Below, piece by piece: positions 1 through 9,876 of a DNA stretch of 64,000 bases. Location: positions 806,001-870,000 of the forward strand of contig CAWJLW010000006.1 of NCBI GenBank assembly GCA_963843795.1, in the 5' to 3' direction. The first letter of the stretch is position 1. Each line of letters opens with the position of its first letter. The translations under genes and the position numbers were made by a program. The stretch comes from an uncultured bacterium (GTDB lineage Bacteria; Armatimonadota; Abditibacteriia; Abditibacteriales; Abditibacteriaceae). The notes under the pieces were generated by a model that saw nothing but the letters and a program-made list of their open reading frames with translations, had not been told where the DNA came from and ran no database searches.

Positions 1-200
1 GTACAACGGCGCGGATACTGTCCCGATAAAAGGGCCGAACGCGCCGCCATGCAAACCGGATACGGTGTGATAGCAGTCTCGAAACGCACGCCACGAGCCG
101 CCAGCGCGTCTATATTCGGTGTGCGAATCACATTATTGCCATAGCAGCCCACTTCAAAGGCGCGCAATTGATCGCAAGTGCAAAGAACAATGTTTTTCAT
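1..200 (-). CDS. Sulfatase, N-terminal part (runs off window start)
   Basis: Hand translation from ATG at 200: MKNIVLCTCDQLR...RTPNIDALAARGVRFETA..PVCMAARSALLSG. Typical sulfatase N-terminus with a CxxxR motif; not in the ORF track. Confidence 0.85.
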   Translation of the reverse strand, partial: MKNIVLCTCDQLRAFEVGCYGNNVIRTPNIDALAARGVRFETAITPYPVCMAARSALLSGQYPRRC

Positions 201-224
201 AACAATTCATTGAGTGAATAATAG

Positions 225-272
225 AAAAAGCGTTCTGCAAGTACTTGCGCAAGTACTTGCAGAACGCTTTTT
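225..272. repeat. 48-bp perfect palindrome containing two tandem GCAAGTACTTGC cores; terminator-like
   Basis: AAAAAGCGTTCT-core-core-AGAACGCTTTTT read directly. Confidence 0.9.
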
Positions 273-277
273 GCGCT

Positions 278-634
278 TTAAACCGCGCCACTGGTTTCGG
301 TTTCGCGCTGTGCCGAGGAATAACAGACCAACATTACGGCATCCTGTTCGTTAGATGCGCGCGCGTTGTGCCATTCGCCTTGCGCAATCACGATGCTATC
401 GCCCGCGCGTAGCGGGAAATTTTCGTCGCCGATGCGATGTTCTAATTGGCCTTGCAACAAATGCAATATTTCGTCGCAATTGGGATGTCGATGCAGAGTA
501 TTGGTCTGACCCGCGCGAATCGTAACGCGGCCTAAAGTCATTGTTTCAGAATTGGCTTTGGCGTGTGAAACCAGCCATTCGATGCGTCCCCAATCAAAGT
601 CTTCAATTATCGCGTCTTCAATTTTGCTGAGCAT
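278..634 (-). CDS. Cupin domain protein
   Basis: HRHPNCDE...G...GEWH cupin metal motifs; overlaps the upstream gene in an operon. Confidence 0.85.
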   Translation of the reverse strand: MLSKIEDAIIEDFDWGRIEWLVSHAKANSETMTLGRVTIRAGQTNTLHRHPNCDEILHLLQGQLEHRIGDENFPLRAGDSIVIAQGEWHNARASNEQDAVMLVCYSSAQRETETSGAV

Positions 635-1379
635 TGGCTTCCTTCATAAATTTATCTAAGAACTTTTGTGTGTCGGCTAGACTTTGTTGCACACCCGCAC
701 CACTTTCTTCATCAACACACAGCGGCCCGTCGTATTGGATTTCTTTCAAGGCTTTGAAAATTGGCGTGAAAGGAATTTCACCTTGTCCTAATGTTTGAAA
801 CTGTCCCTCAGAAAAATCTTTGAGGTGTACGTTATCAATGAAAGGCGCGAATTGACGGATAATGTCCGCGATAGACGTTTCGCCTGATTTCCATAAATGC
901 GCGGTGTCTATCGTCAAACCGACGTTTTCGGCGGTACTAAAGAAAACGCGCAAATCGTCACGCGTCATAATTGGTTGGTCGTAATGATGATGCAGCGATA
1001 ACATCACGCCATCGTGCGCGACTTCACCGGCGATTTTGCTCAAGATGCGCGCAAATTTTTCGCGGTCTGAATCTGTTGTTGCATCGTGCGGGCATCCGTG
1101 ACAAATCACCACTAAAGGTGCGCCAATTTGTCCGGCGAATTTGCACACGAGGCGCAGTTCATTTTGTCCGGCTTCATTCAATGGGCCGCCGCAAATCAGG
1201 CCCGCCGCGCTGCCGCGTTTCCACTCATTCAAATAACGCGCGGCGTCATAATCGTAGCGCGCGTATTGGCCAGCTTTGAGCTGCAAGTTTTGAAATCCAT
1301 AGCGCGCGAACTGCGAAAATAGTTCGCGCTGTTCGCTTTCATTAAAGGTTGGAATCGAAAAATGGCGTGCGTTTTTCAC
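618..1379 (-). CDS. Sugar phosphate isomerase/epimerase (xylose isomerase-like TIM barrel)
   Basis: HHH, DTAH, HLKD, LGQG..F and final E motifs of the AP-endonuclease-2/IolE-like family. Confidence 0.85.
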   Translation of the reverse strand: MKNARHFSIPTFNESEQRELFSQFARYGFQNLQLKAGQYARYDYDAARYLNEWKRGSAAGLICGGPLNEAGQNELRLVCKFAGQIGAPLVVICHGCPHDATTDSDREKFARILSKIAGEVAHDGVMLSLHHHYDQPIMTRDDLRVFFSTAENVGLTIDTAHLWKSGETSIADIIRQFAPFIDNVHLKDFSEGQFQTLGQGEIPFTPIFKALKEIQYDGPLCVDEESGAGVQQSLADTQKFLDKFMKEANAQQN

Positions 1380-2374
1380 GATGTCAGCTCTCCATTTTTC
1401 AAGTTCACCATTTGCCCGCTTTGAGCCGATTGATATGAGGCTTCCAGTAGCGCGATAGTTTTTAAGTTGTCGCGCCCACTATTGGCCGGCTTTATCTTGT
1501 TTTCTATCGCACTTAATAATTCTTCCAAACCGGCAAACGCGGATTCGGGCTTGTTCTCACCCGCATATTTTGCGTTATCCCAACGCTGCACTTCTTGGCC
1601 GCGCTTGTGCAAAGTGACGCCATTGTAATTCACAACCAGCGTGCCGGTTTCGCCGATAATTGTCGTCTCGGTCTGGTTAATCGCGCTGGAAAAACTTTGC
1701 GAATAGTTGGCGATGGTGCCGTTAGTAAATTGCAACAGCACATTGGCTTCAGTTTCGCCCGTACAATTGACGGAATCCGAGGAATGCGTTTGACAAAATA
1801 CCGAAGTCGCATCGCAATCTAAAATCCAGCGCAGGCCATCGAGCCAATGCACTCCCATCACCATCATGGCGTGGCGAGGTTGTTCGATGCGCCAACCGGC
1901 GTCCTGACGAAAAAACCAGTCGCAGTGCAAAATGTTGGAAACCGCGCCGATTTCGTCCCCTGCAATTAACTGGCGCGCAGTGTGAAACGGATAGTGAAAA
2001 CGAAAATTTTGGTCAATCGCCAACATTGCTCCGTACTTTTCGGCGACTTCCACCATCGCGCGCGCTTCCTCGTAAGAAGCGGCGAACGGTTTTTCGATGA
2101 ACAAGGGTTTGCCCGCTCGAGCCAAAGTTTCCACGACGCTTTGACGCACCGAAGTCGGCGTGCAAATGATCGCCGCGTCCCAATCGGTGTTTTGCAGTTC
2201 TTCAAACGTGGCGCATCCAAACGGAATATCGTATTCGCTTTGGCGTTTCTGGCGCATATTCGCGTCGGGATCGCAGGCAGCGACCACGCGCACGCGGTCG
2301 GGATGTCGTTGGCAGCCTTCCAAATGCATCGAAGACACGCCACCGCAACCGATAAGAGCAAGTTTGGTAATCAT
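1376..2374 (-). CDS. Gfo/Idh/MocA family oxidoreductase
   Basis: LIGCGG Rossmann motif, EKP and HWLD motifs; start moved to MITKLAL. Confidence 0.9.
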   Translation of the reverse strand: MITKLALIGCGGVSSMHLEGCQRHPDRVRVVAACDPDANMRQKRQSEYDIPFGCATFEELQNTDWDAAIICTPTSVRQSVVETLARAGKPLFIEKPFAASYEEARAMVEVAEKYGAMLAIDQNFRFHYPFHTARQLIAGDEIGAVSNILHCDWFFRQDAGWRIEQPRHAMMVMGVHWLDGLRWILDCDATSVFCQTHSSDSVNCTGETEANVLLQFTNGTIANYSQSFSSAINQTETTIIGETGTLVVNYNGVTLHKRGQEVQRWDNAKYAGENKPESAFAGLEELLSAIENKIKPANSGRDNLKTIALLEASYQSAQSGQMVNLKNGELTS

Positions 2375-2415
2375 AATTTGAGTGAATTTGTTTCTGCAAG
2401 TACTTGCAAGGCACT

Positions 2416-3552
2416 TCAGGCTTCGATTTTCCAACCTTTTTCGCGCATTTGGTGCGCGAAAAATTCTTCATCCAAACTCAGGCCAAATCCGGGCGCGTCC
2501 GGCACTTGAACGCGCCCTTGACACACTTTGTAAAGTTCGGAATTCAAGCCGGGGACGTGGGCTTCGTCCCACTCGACAAAGGAAAAATGTTGCAGGGCGC
2601 CCGCCAGATGCGGTGCCACGAAATTGCCGATGCTGCCGCCATAATGATGCGGCGCGGTGCGCACACCCCATTCATCCAACTGCTGTCCGGTTTCAAGCCA
2701 GCGACTAAGGCCATGACCAAAAATATCGTATTGAACCACGTCCACCATACCATCGCGCGCCCAGTTCAGCAGATGCGGCGAGGCCGCGCCTTCGCCATCG
2801 GCAATCAAGGTCGGCAACTTATGAGTGCGCAGCCAGTTTTTCAAATCTCGGTATAAAACGTCGTCTTCGTGAAAAGCTTCTTCGATCCAGAAAATATTGC
2901 AATCTGCGGTTTCGCCCAACACGCGCTTGGTCAGATTCAAATTCCAACCGTTATTGGCGTCCAGCAGCAATTGACAATCTGGTCCGATGGACTGACGAAT
3001 GGCGCGAATAATGGCGATGTCGCGTCGCGTGCCCGCTTCGAGTTCCATGTGACGCGCGCCGCGCCCGACTTTGATTTTAAAAGCGCGGTGCCCCTTTTCA
3101 AAACCCTCGCGCGCTTCATTTGCCATCAAACTCGCCGCTTCGAGATCGTCGCAGCAATCCAAATCGTCGAAATACAACGATGTATCGTAGCAAGGCGCGC
3201 TGTAATCGTTGACCACTTCGCGCCCCAGTTGACGCGCCAGGATTTTATAAACAGGCGCTTGCATAAGCTGTCCCGCCAAATCCCACAGTGGATATTCGCA
3301 ATCGCGCCACGAGGCATTAACGCCGCCTTCATCATTGTACAGCACGCTAAAATTTTGTCCCAGCAATTCCCGCGCGCGAACTTGCGAAAAGCGACAAAAC
3401 CCGAAACCCTGCGCGCCACCGGAAAGCGAAACGCGCACCAAAGGCAGCGTGACTTCGATGCCGTGCGCGCCCAGACGCGCATTGCTGCCGCTGTGACGCG
3501 GACGGCGTCCGCGCAAAGTGGCCGCTTCGATGGCGACGATATGATGGTTCAT
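2416..3552 (-). CDS. Mandelate racemase/muconate lactonizing (enolase superfamily) enzyme, likely a sugar-acid dehydratase
   Basis: FKIKVG, DAN, WIEE, DGE metal ligands and C-terminal PGFGL. Confidence 0.88.
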   Translation of the reverse strand: MNHHIVAIEAATLRGRRPRHSGSNARLGAHGIEVTLPLVRVSLSGGAQGFGFCRFSQVRARELLGQNFSVLYNDEGGVNASWRDCEYPLWDLAGQLMQAPVYKILARQLGREVVNDYSAPCYDTSLYFDDLDCCDDLEAASLMANEAREGFEKGHRAFKIKVGRGARHMELEAGTRRDIAIIRAIRQSIGPDCQLLLDANNGWNLNLTKRVLGETADCNIFWIEEAFHEDDVLYRDLKNWLRTHKLPTLIADGEGAASPHLLNWARDGMVDVVQYDIFGHGLSRWLETGQQLDEWGVRTAPHHYGGSIGNFVAPHLAGALQHFSFVEWDEAHVPGLNSELYKVCQGRVQVPDAPGFGLSLDEEFFAHQMREKGWKIEA

Positions 3553-3765
3553 AGCCAATTATTATCGTTGCCAGCGCTCGGCACTGCCACTTATTACCGA
3601 TGTTACTCGCGGCAAGTACTTGCCGCATTTTGGAAAATTAAAGCCCACCTCCTAAAATTTTTCACCCAAAGGGTTACAATTGAGAACCGTTCGGGTATAA
3701 TCTTGCTAAATCAATTTACTATATGCGATTAGCCTGATGCATAATCGTAGCTCGACGAGAAAGAT

Positions 3766-4845
3766 ATGGCAAGAATGATTGATATTGCGCAGCGCGCGGG
3801 TGTTTCGCAGACGACGGTTTCGTTTGTGTTGAACAATCGCAGCGATGCTGCGCGCATTAGCGAGGAAACGCGCGGTCGGGTTTTAGATGCTGCGCATGAG
3901 TTGGGGTATTCGACCAACCAACTGGCGCGCGCGATGCGAACCGGCGACACGCGCATGATCGGATTTTTGGGTGGCCTTCTCACCAATGAGCCAGTCGGTG
4001 CGATGTTGAGCGGGGCCATCGAAGAAGCGGCGAGCGTGGGTTACACGGTGAAAGTGTTACGCGTGGGCGCCCCCGGTTTTGCGTGGCACCAGTTAATCGG
4101 GCGCATCGCCGAGTGGCGTTTATCGGGCGTAATCGCTTTGCATTTGCCCAAAGAAATGCTCGAAGAATTGTGGTTGGATGTGCGGCGCGGGCCGACACCG
4201 CTTGTATTGCTCGATTCGCGCGTTGAGGTCGCGGGTATGCTGCACGTTTTGTCCGATGACCAAAACGGTGTGGCGCGCGCGGTCGAACATCTGGCGAATC
4301 TCGGGCATCGGCGCATCGCATTTTTGACCGGTGACGAGCAATCGACCTTGACGCGCTTTCGCGAAGAAGCCTTTTGCGCAGAAATGAAAAAACGCTGGCT
4401 AGACGCGTCGGTTGTGATTGAACGCGGCAGTTTTAGCGAACGCGAAAAAAGCTTGCAGGCAGCTCAGCGCTTGCTGGAACTGCCTGGCGAACAACGCCCC
4501 ACGGCGATTGTATGTGCGGGCGATGCCATCGCGCTGGCGACTTTGCAAATGGCTGCACAATTGAAAATCGAGGTGCCACGCGAACTTTCGGTAATCGGTT
4601 ATGCCAACACGCAAGCCGCCGTTTACTGCACACCGCCACTGAGTTCGGTGGCTCAGCCTTTTGAACAGATGGGGCGCGCCGCTGTGCAACAACTGCTGAA
4701 ATTGTCCAAAAATCCTCAAAGCGAAAACCTCGAAAACCCCACCTCTACGCTTTTACCTACTGAACTTATCTTGCGCGCTTCAACTGCACCACCTGCAACT
4801 GTAGCACCCGCCACCGCGCCACCCGCCACTCGACTTTCAGAATGA
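3766..4845 (+). CDS. LacI family transcriptional regulator
   Basis: DIAQRAGVSQTTVSFVLN HTH plus sugar-binding domain (VPRELSVIGY, PPLSSV); divergent from the catabolic operon. Confidence 0.95.
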   Translation: MARMIDIAQRAGVSQTTVSFVLNNRSDAARISEETRGRVLDAAHELGYSTNQLARAMRTGDTRMIGFLGGLLTNEPVGAMLSGAIEEAASVGYTVKVLRVGAPGFAWHQLIGRIAEWRLSGVIALHLPKEMLEELWLDVRRGPTPLVLLDSRVEVAGMLHVLSDDQNGVARAVEHLANLGHRRIAFLTGDEQSTLTRFREEAFCAEMKKRWLDASVVIERGSFSEREKSLQAAQRLLELPGEQRPTAIVCAGDAIALATLQMAAQLKIEVPRELSVIGYANTQAAVYCTPPLSSVAQPFEQMGRAAVQQLLKLSKNPQSENLENPTSTLLPTELILRASTAPPATVAPATAPPATRLSE

Positions 4846-4933
4846 ATATCCGTTTTCGAAAGATTAGGGCTTTCGTGGTGCGGTGAGGCCGTGCCATACC
4901 ACGAAATTTCAAACGGCTGCTTCGGAGGTTAGA

Positions 4934-5770
4934 ATGTCCAATTCAGCAACGCATAATTCTGTCACAAAGATGAAATCGAAAAAGTCGCTCCGTCACGGCT
5001 TCACGCTCATCGAACTTTTAGTGGTCATAGCCATTATTGCTATTCTGGCGGCGATTTTGTTTCCGGTTTTTGCGCGTGCGCGCGAAAACGCGCGGCGAGC
5101 CAGTTGTTCGAGCAATTTGAAGCAGATGGGCTTGGCTGTTATGCAATACACGCAGGATTATGACGAGAAATTCCCGACCGGTTTGCAGAACAACTGGTGG
5201 GAGCAGACGTGGTATTGGAATGTCCAGCCGTATGTGAAAAGTGTGGATGTGTTTCGTTGCCCGAACGATCCGGGCGGTGTGGGCAACAATGTCAACTGGG
5301 CCGGGCCGCGCCTGAGTTATGTTTCCAATGGTTGGATTACCTATCGCAACGGTGCCAATGTGATGGCGGGCGTGATGGGCATTTCGCAAAGTTGGGTTAC
5401 GCCCAGTGCTGTTTCGCTGGCTGGCGTGAACAACACAGCGGGCACGGTGATGATGACCGAGCGCGACCACGTTTATCCCAATGCAAATGGCGTGGCAGGC
5501 AATGTTTATCGTTGGGGACCGGGTTGTATGATTAGCGGCGGCACGATTTGGAGCGATGTGACGCCGAACCAGTTGCCCGATGGAACGCGCGCCAAAACGA
5601 CCAACCCTTATGATCCCAACGGCCCTAACGGAGCCGTGATGGCAGTTCATCTGGAACGCGCTAATTTCTTGTTCGCCGATGGTCACGTCAAGAGCCTGAT
5701 TCCGAGCCAGACCAACCCCGACCCCAACAATCGCCCACAAGATAATATGTGGGACGCCACACGTCCTTGA
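4934..5770 (+). CDS. DUF1559 / prepilin-type N-terminal cleavage domain protein with H-X9-DG C-terminal motif
   Basis: [68 protein letters not shown] before ATG 4934. Confidence 0.92.
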   Translation: MSNSATHNSVTKMKSKKSLRHGFTLIELLVVIAIIAILAAILFPVFARARENARRASCSSNLKQMGLAVMQYTQDYDEKFPTGLQNNWWEQTWYWNVQPYVKSVDVFRCPNDPGGVGNNVNWAGPRLSYVSNGWITYRNGANVMAGVMGISQSWVTPSAVSLAGVNNTAGTVMMTERDHVYPNANGVAGNVYRWGPGCMISGGTIWSDVTPNQLPDGTRAKTTNPYDPNGPNGAVMAVHLERANFLFADGHVKSLIPSQTNPDPNNRPQDNMWDATRP

Positions 5771-5874
5771 ATAATTGCTGTTTGAAAACAGTTCAATCTT
5801 TCCAGATTGCATTGCAAAACCGCCACGAGAAAAGCAGGCCGGAAATTTCGTCGGTTATTTTTTCTCGTGGTGCC

Positions 5875-5927
5875 GGTTTGTAAAAGCAGGTTTGTAAAAG
5901 CAGGTTTGTAAAAGCAGGTTTGTAAAA
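5875..5927 (+). repeat. Tandem repeat of GGTTTGTAAAAGCA, about 3.8 copies
   Basis: Three exact 14-bp units plus an 11-bp partial unit. Confidence 0.95.
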
Positions 5928-5959
5928 TTTGTTTAAGCTGTATGTTGAAGGAACTATTT

Positions 5960-6205
5960 ATGTCATTTCTGAACCGTCAGTTTGCGCTGGGAATAACTGT
6001 GGCCTTGAGTGCTTTGCTGATTGGCGGCTGCGGAGGTTCGCAAAGCAGCGGGTTGAATCAAGAAGAAGCCGCGCAAATTAACCACGAACCTCGTCCTGGC
6101 GGCCCGCCGCCAGAAGCCAAAGCCTATATGGAAAAATCGAACAAAAGCACTTCTCCTGCAGGAGCACCCGCCGGAGCTGCCGCACCTGCCGCCTCTGTGC
6201 CCTGA
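5960..6205 (+). CDS. Small lipoprotein
   Basis: Signal peptide with lipobox IGG-C; Pro/Ala-rich tail; follows the DUF1559 gene. Confidence 0.7.
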   Translation: MSFLNRQFALGITVALSALLIGGCGGSQSSGLNQEEAAQINHEPRPGGPPPEAKAYMEKSNKSTSPAGAPAGAAAPAASVP

Positions 6206-6247
6206 ACAATTCAAGTGCAATCTTTCGAAGGAAAATGAAAGGTCGAG

Positions 6248-6276
6248 CGCTCTGCAAGTACTTGCAGAGCGTTTTT
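6248..6276 (+). terminator. Core-centred palindrome with T-tract
   Basis: CGCTCT-core-AGAGCG-TTTTT after the lipoprotein gene. Confidence 0.6.
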
Positions 6277-6370
6277 CAGGTTGAAATCTTGATTTGTGGT
6301 GTAAAATCAACGCGCATAAAATAACTACCTAGTTCGGCAAGTACTTGCAGAGCCGTTTTGGTCACGAATC

Positions 6371-7810
6371 ATGAAATCACTTTTATTTTCACGCCAACGT
6401 TTTGTATGCTCTATCGCCATTCTTTGTGCGCCTCTTATTTTTAGTAAGCTTTTCATTGAAGCGGCGCACGCGCAAAATTCCACCCCTTCCATTCCTATGA
6501 ATGCAACGACTTCAGTGCCGGCACCATCGCCTGTCGAATACGAGCGCTTGCGAGCGCAAGTCGATTACGCTTTGCAAGTTGATGTGCTGGGCCAATGGTT
6601 CCCACGCGCCCAAAGCGAGCAGGGCGGTTTCGACCAGATGTTCGACCAAAGCTGGCAGCGTGGCGATACCAGCGAACGTTCGCTGGTTTATCAGGCGCGC
6701 GTGACGTGGTTGGCCGCCCAAGCCGCGCTGCGCTATCCGCGCGAAGCCCCGATTTGGAAAGAGCGCGCTTTGCACGGCGCGCGTTTTCTGGCACAAATGT
6801 GGGACAGCAAAAATGGTGGCTTTTACTGGGCGCTGCAACGCGATTCTGATGGCAAATATCAGCCGCAGCGTGGCGGCGAAAAACACGTTTATGGCATTGC
6901 GTTCGCCATTTATGCCCTCAGCGCCGTTCACCAAGCCACCGGCGACGATTTGACGTTGCAACTGGCGCAAAACGCTTTCTACTGGCTGGAAACTCACGCT
7001 CACGACAAGAAAAACGGTGGTTACTACGAAGCCCTGACGCAAAGCGGTCTGCCAATCACTGTGCCTTTATCGGAGGAGCGAACTTCCGACGCCATCGGTA
7101 CGCGCTATGGCCACAAATCGATGAATTCGCACATTCATCTGCTCGAAGCGCTCAGTGCATTGCATCATGAGTGGCCAAACGCATTGTTAAATAAACGATT
7201 AAATGAAACTTTTCTTCTGGTGCGCGACACTATCGCAGTTGAGTCAGGCGCACTCAATCAATTCTTTACCGCTAATTGGAAAGCTTTGCCCGAACGCGAT
7301 TCTTTCGGCCACGACATAGAAACCGCGTATCTATTGATCGAGGCCGCTCACGAACTGCGCGCCAACAGTCCGCGCACCGGAATTATCGCGCGCGCGCTGG
7401 TCGATCACACTCTGGACTTCGGTTGGGACACGGAACACGGCGGCGTTTACGATGCCGGTGGCATTTTTCGCACGCCGCACGACGACGAAGACACTCGCAA
7501 AGTGTGGTGGACGCAAGCCGAATCTTTAAACGCGCTGCTTTTGATGCACAAACGCCACGGCGCACACACTGCGCGCTATTGGAACGCGTTTGTCAAACAG
7601 TGGAATTGGATACAACAATTTCAGACCGATAAGATGCATCGCGGTTGGTTTCCCGAAGTCGCCCGCGATGGCACGCCGCCCGTCGGTCGCAATAAAAGCG
7701 ATGGCTGGACTGAAGCCTATCATCAAGGTCGCGCACTTCTAAATGTCAGTGAAATGTTGAAAGAACTGGCTCAAAAGAAGGAGTTGCAACCAACGCAAAA
7801 TTCCTGTTAA
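6371..7810 (+). CDS. AGE-family (N-acylglucosamine/cellobiose 2-epimerase-like) protein with signal peptide
   Basis: QAR..W, KSMNSHIHLLEA, SFGHDIE, KVWWTQAE and YH.GR motifs. Confidence 0.88.
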   Translation: MKSLLFSRQRFVCSIAILCAPLIFSKLFIEAAHAQNSTPSIPMNATTSVPAPSPVEYERLRAQVDYALQVDVLGQWFPRAQSEQGGFDQMFDQSWQRGDTSERSLVYQARVTWLAAQAALRYPREAPIWKERALHGARFLAQMWDSKNGGFYWALQRDSDGKYQPQRGGEKHVYGIAFAIYALSAVHQATGDDLTLQLAQNAFYWLETHAHDKKNGGYYEALTQSGLPITVPLSEERTSDAIGTRYGHKSMNSHIHLLEALSALHHEWPNALLNKRLNETFLLVRDTIAVESGALNQFFTANWKALPERDSFGHDIETAYLLIEAAHELRANSPRTGIIARALVDHTLDFGWDTEHGGVYDAGGIFRTPHDDEDTRKVWWTQAESLNALLLMHKRHGAHTARYWNAFVKQWNWIQQFQTDKMHRGWFPEVARDGTPPVGRNKSDGWTEAYHQGRALLNVSEMLKELAQKKELQPTQNSC

Positions 7811-7817
7811 AAAAGGA

Positions 7818-7853
7818 AAAAGTCGTGCTGCAAGTACTTGCAGCACGACTTTT
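7818..7853. terminator. 36-bp perfect core-centred palindrome; bidirectional terminator between convergent genes
   Basis: AAAAGTCGTGCT-core-AGCACGACTTTT. Confidence 0.8.
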
Positions 7854-7891
7854 CTGTAATTCCTGTGCGCTCGTTGTGCTGTATCGGTGCA

Positions 7892-9739
7892 TTAATTTTG
7901 ATAGCGATAATTGAAGCGGCGCGGAGGCGCAACATCACCCTGCAAAAACCATTCGTCGATGCCGCCATTGATGTCGATATTATCGGCCCATTTGAAATCG
8001 AAAGCCGCGCGCGCAGTTTGTCCGGTCAAAATGCGCGGCAAGCTGATAGCGATTTCGTTATCGCCGACGTGCAACGGCACGCGCGCGATTTCTTTCCACT
8101 GATTGTTTTCCCATTTTTCAACCGAAGTTGAATCCAAGCTCGGACGACTGTTCAAGCGAAAATTGTAACCGTGCCAGCCAGTGGAAGCGTTTTGATCGGT
8201 ATCGAGGAAAAGCATCATCCAATTCCCATCGGCGCGTGGCGTCAGCGGCTCGCGCGTGCGCGCATAAAAATAAAACGTCTTTACGTCGCGGGTCGTTTTG
8301 GCCATTACAATGTCGTTGCGGCCACTGTTATCAGAATAGAAATTATTGCCCCAACCAGCAAAATTGCGGTGCATCGTGTCGCCAATATTATCGCGGTATT
8401 CTGGCATCACGTCGTGCCACTGCGCCCACGAACCCATAACATCGATAGTTTTGGGCGGAGACAGCGCGGGTAGAGCAGATACACCTTTGAAACGGCGAAT
8501 GTTGGCGATGAGTTGGTAGTAATAATTGTCGCTGGAGCCGCCTTTCATCGGGTCGGCATCGCGATTAAATTCGGCGTTATATAAATCGACAAAAAACGTA
8601 TCGCCTTCTTTCAACTCTTTGCCCGCGAGATTGATTTTCTGATTGGGCGCAACCGTGAAACGTTGCGCGACCCACTCGTTCCAGCCTGTCACGAACACCA
8701 ATTTCGGATCGACTTCCCACACGCGCTGCCACTGCTCGTCAAATTGCAAGCCCTTGTCGTAATCGGGCGTTAGCGAAAACTTGTCCAGTGGCGGCTCTTT
8801 GCCACTCTGCGTGCTGCGTCCGATATTTTGCCCGATGGGATGAGAACCAATGCCAACCGCCAGTTGCTCGGCCTTTTTCGGGTCGTCGTGCCAGCCATAA
8901 TTCTGTGGCGTTTTGTCGCGCCACGGCCATTTATCTTTGCCATCCCCAAACCAGCCTTTGGGATCGGTTTCAAACCATGAACGCCGCCAGGTGAAAAATT
9001 GCTGTTGCTGCTGCGGAATGCTGGCGCCTTCTTTGGTTTTCTCTTCGCGATTGCCCAGAATTAGCGGTTTCATAACGCCCTTGTCGTCGGGCCAGCGAAA
9101 CCACAATTCCGAATACAAGCCTTTGCTATACCATTCGTCCCACAAACGCTGCATCGTGGGCACCGTGTTGGCGTTCATGATGAAAGCGATTTGCGGGGTC
9201 GGGTTGCCTTCACCACGCATTGTGCGCGCAGTTTCAAACAGCACTTGCATCTCAGTTGGATAAGTGAACGCGTTGGTTACATCAACGAATAATGTGTCCA
9301 CGCCCGCGTCGCCCAAAAGCGTCAAGTTGCGTCGCGCTACCCATGGGTCAGCGGCCTGAAAATAACCGATTTCGGGTTCTCCCCACCAGTGAAAACTGCC
9401 CTGCGGCCCCCATTTTGGGTCATCAGGATTTTCTTGCAGGCGTTTGCTGATGTCAAATGGCCCCGGAGTGCCGTGATAACCTTGCCACACGAAATAAAAA
9501 ATTCCGACAAATTTATCTTTGCGCGGTGCGGGCACGACGAATGGTGTTTTCTGCCCGCCAAGCGGCAGCTTGCGACCCAATTTATCGGTCGCGACCCAAG
9601 TATCGGCACCCAGCTCGCGCCATGTCGTTACAGTTTTTTTGGCGGGCGTAGGCACGCCGTATTGCGCTCGTGAAGTGTCCTGGTTCATAAGAAGCGCGCT
9701 ACACAGGGGAAGCGCGAAGACAAAGTGCAAAAATTTCAT
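7892..9739 (-). CDS. Secreted putative glycoside hydrolase (GH99-like TIM barrel)
   Basis: Signal peptide from MKFLHF; VGIFYFVW, HWWGEP, DVTN and TGWNEW motifs; family assignment tentative. Confidence 0.6.
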   Translation of the reverse strand: MKFLHFVFALPLCSALLMNQDTSRAQYGVPTPAKKTVTTWRELGADTWVATDKLGRKLPLGGQKTPFVVPAPRKDKFVGIFYFVWQGYHGTPGPFDISKRLQENPDDPKWGPQGSFHWWGEPEIGYFQAADPWVARRNLTLLGDAGVDTLFVDVTNAFTYPTEMQVLFETARTMRGEGNPTPQIAFIMNANTVPTMQRLWDEWYSKGLYSELWFRWPDDKGVMKPLILGNREEKTKEGASIPQQQQQFFTWRRSWFETDPKGWFGDGKDKWPWRDKTPQNYGWHDDPKKAEQLAVGIGSHPIGQNIGRSTQSGKEPPLDKFSLTPDYDKGLQFDEQWQRVWEVDPKLVFVTGWNEWVAQRFTVAPNQKINLAGKELKEGDTFFVDLYNAEFNRDADPMKGGSSDNYYYQLIANIRRFKGVSALPALSPPKTIDVMGSWAQWHDVMPEYRDNIGDTMHRNFAGWGNNFYSDNSGRNDIVMAKTTRDVKTFYFYARTREPLTPRADGNWMMLFLDTDQNASTGWHGYNFRLNSRPSLDSTSVEKWENNQWKEIARVPLHVGDNEIAISLPRILTGQTARAAFDFKWADNIDINGGIDEWFLQGDVAPPRRFNYRYQN

Positions 9740-9833
9740 GATGAATGAGTTTTGGAAAGCGTAAAACAAACGTAGTTGCGCTGCAAGTACTTGCGCATTG
9801 ACAAAGTATTTCAGAGGAATTTCTGGCAAGTAC

Positions 9834-9862
9834 TTGCAATATGTGACGGGGCGGGTTATAAT
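9834..9862 (+). promoter_or_regulatory. Sigma70-type promoter of tRNA-Glu
   Basis: TTGCAA (9834-9839), 17-bp spacer, TATAAT (9857-9862). Confidence 0.75.
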
Positions 9863-9876
9863 TTTTCTTCGCGTTT

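Noticed and set aside
3612..3623. Core as the operator of the adjacent LacI regulator
   Set aside because: Far too abundant, and found in terminators and unrelated housekeeping CDSs.
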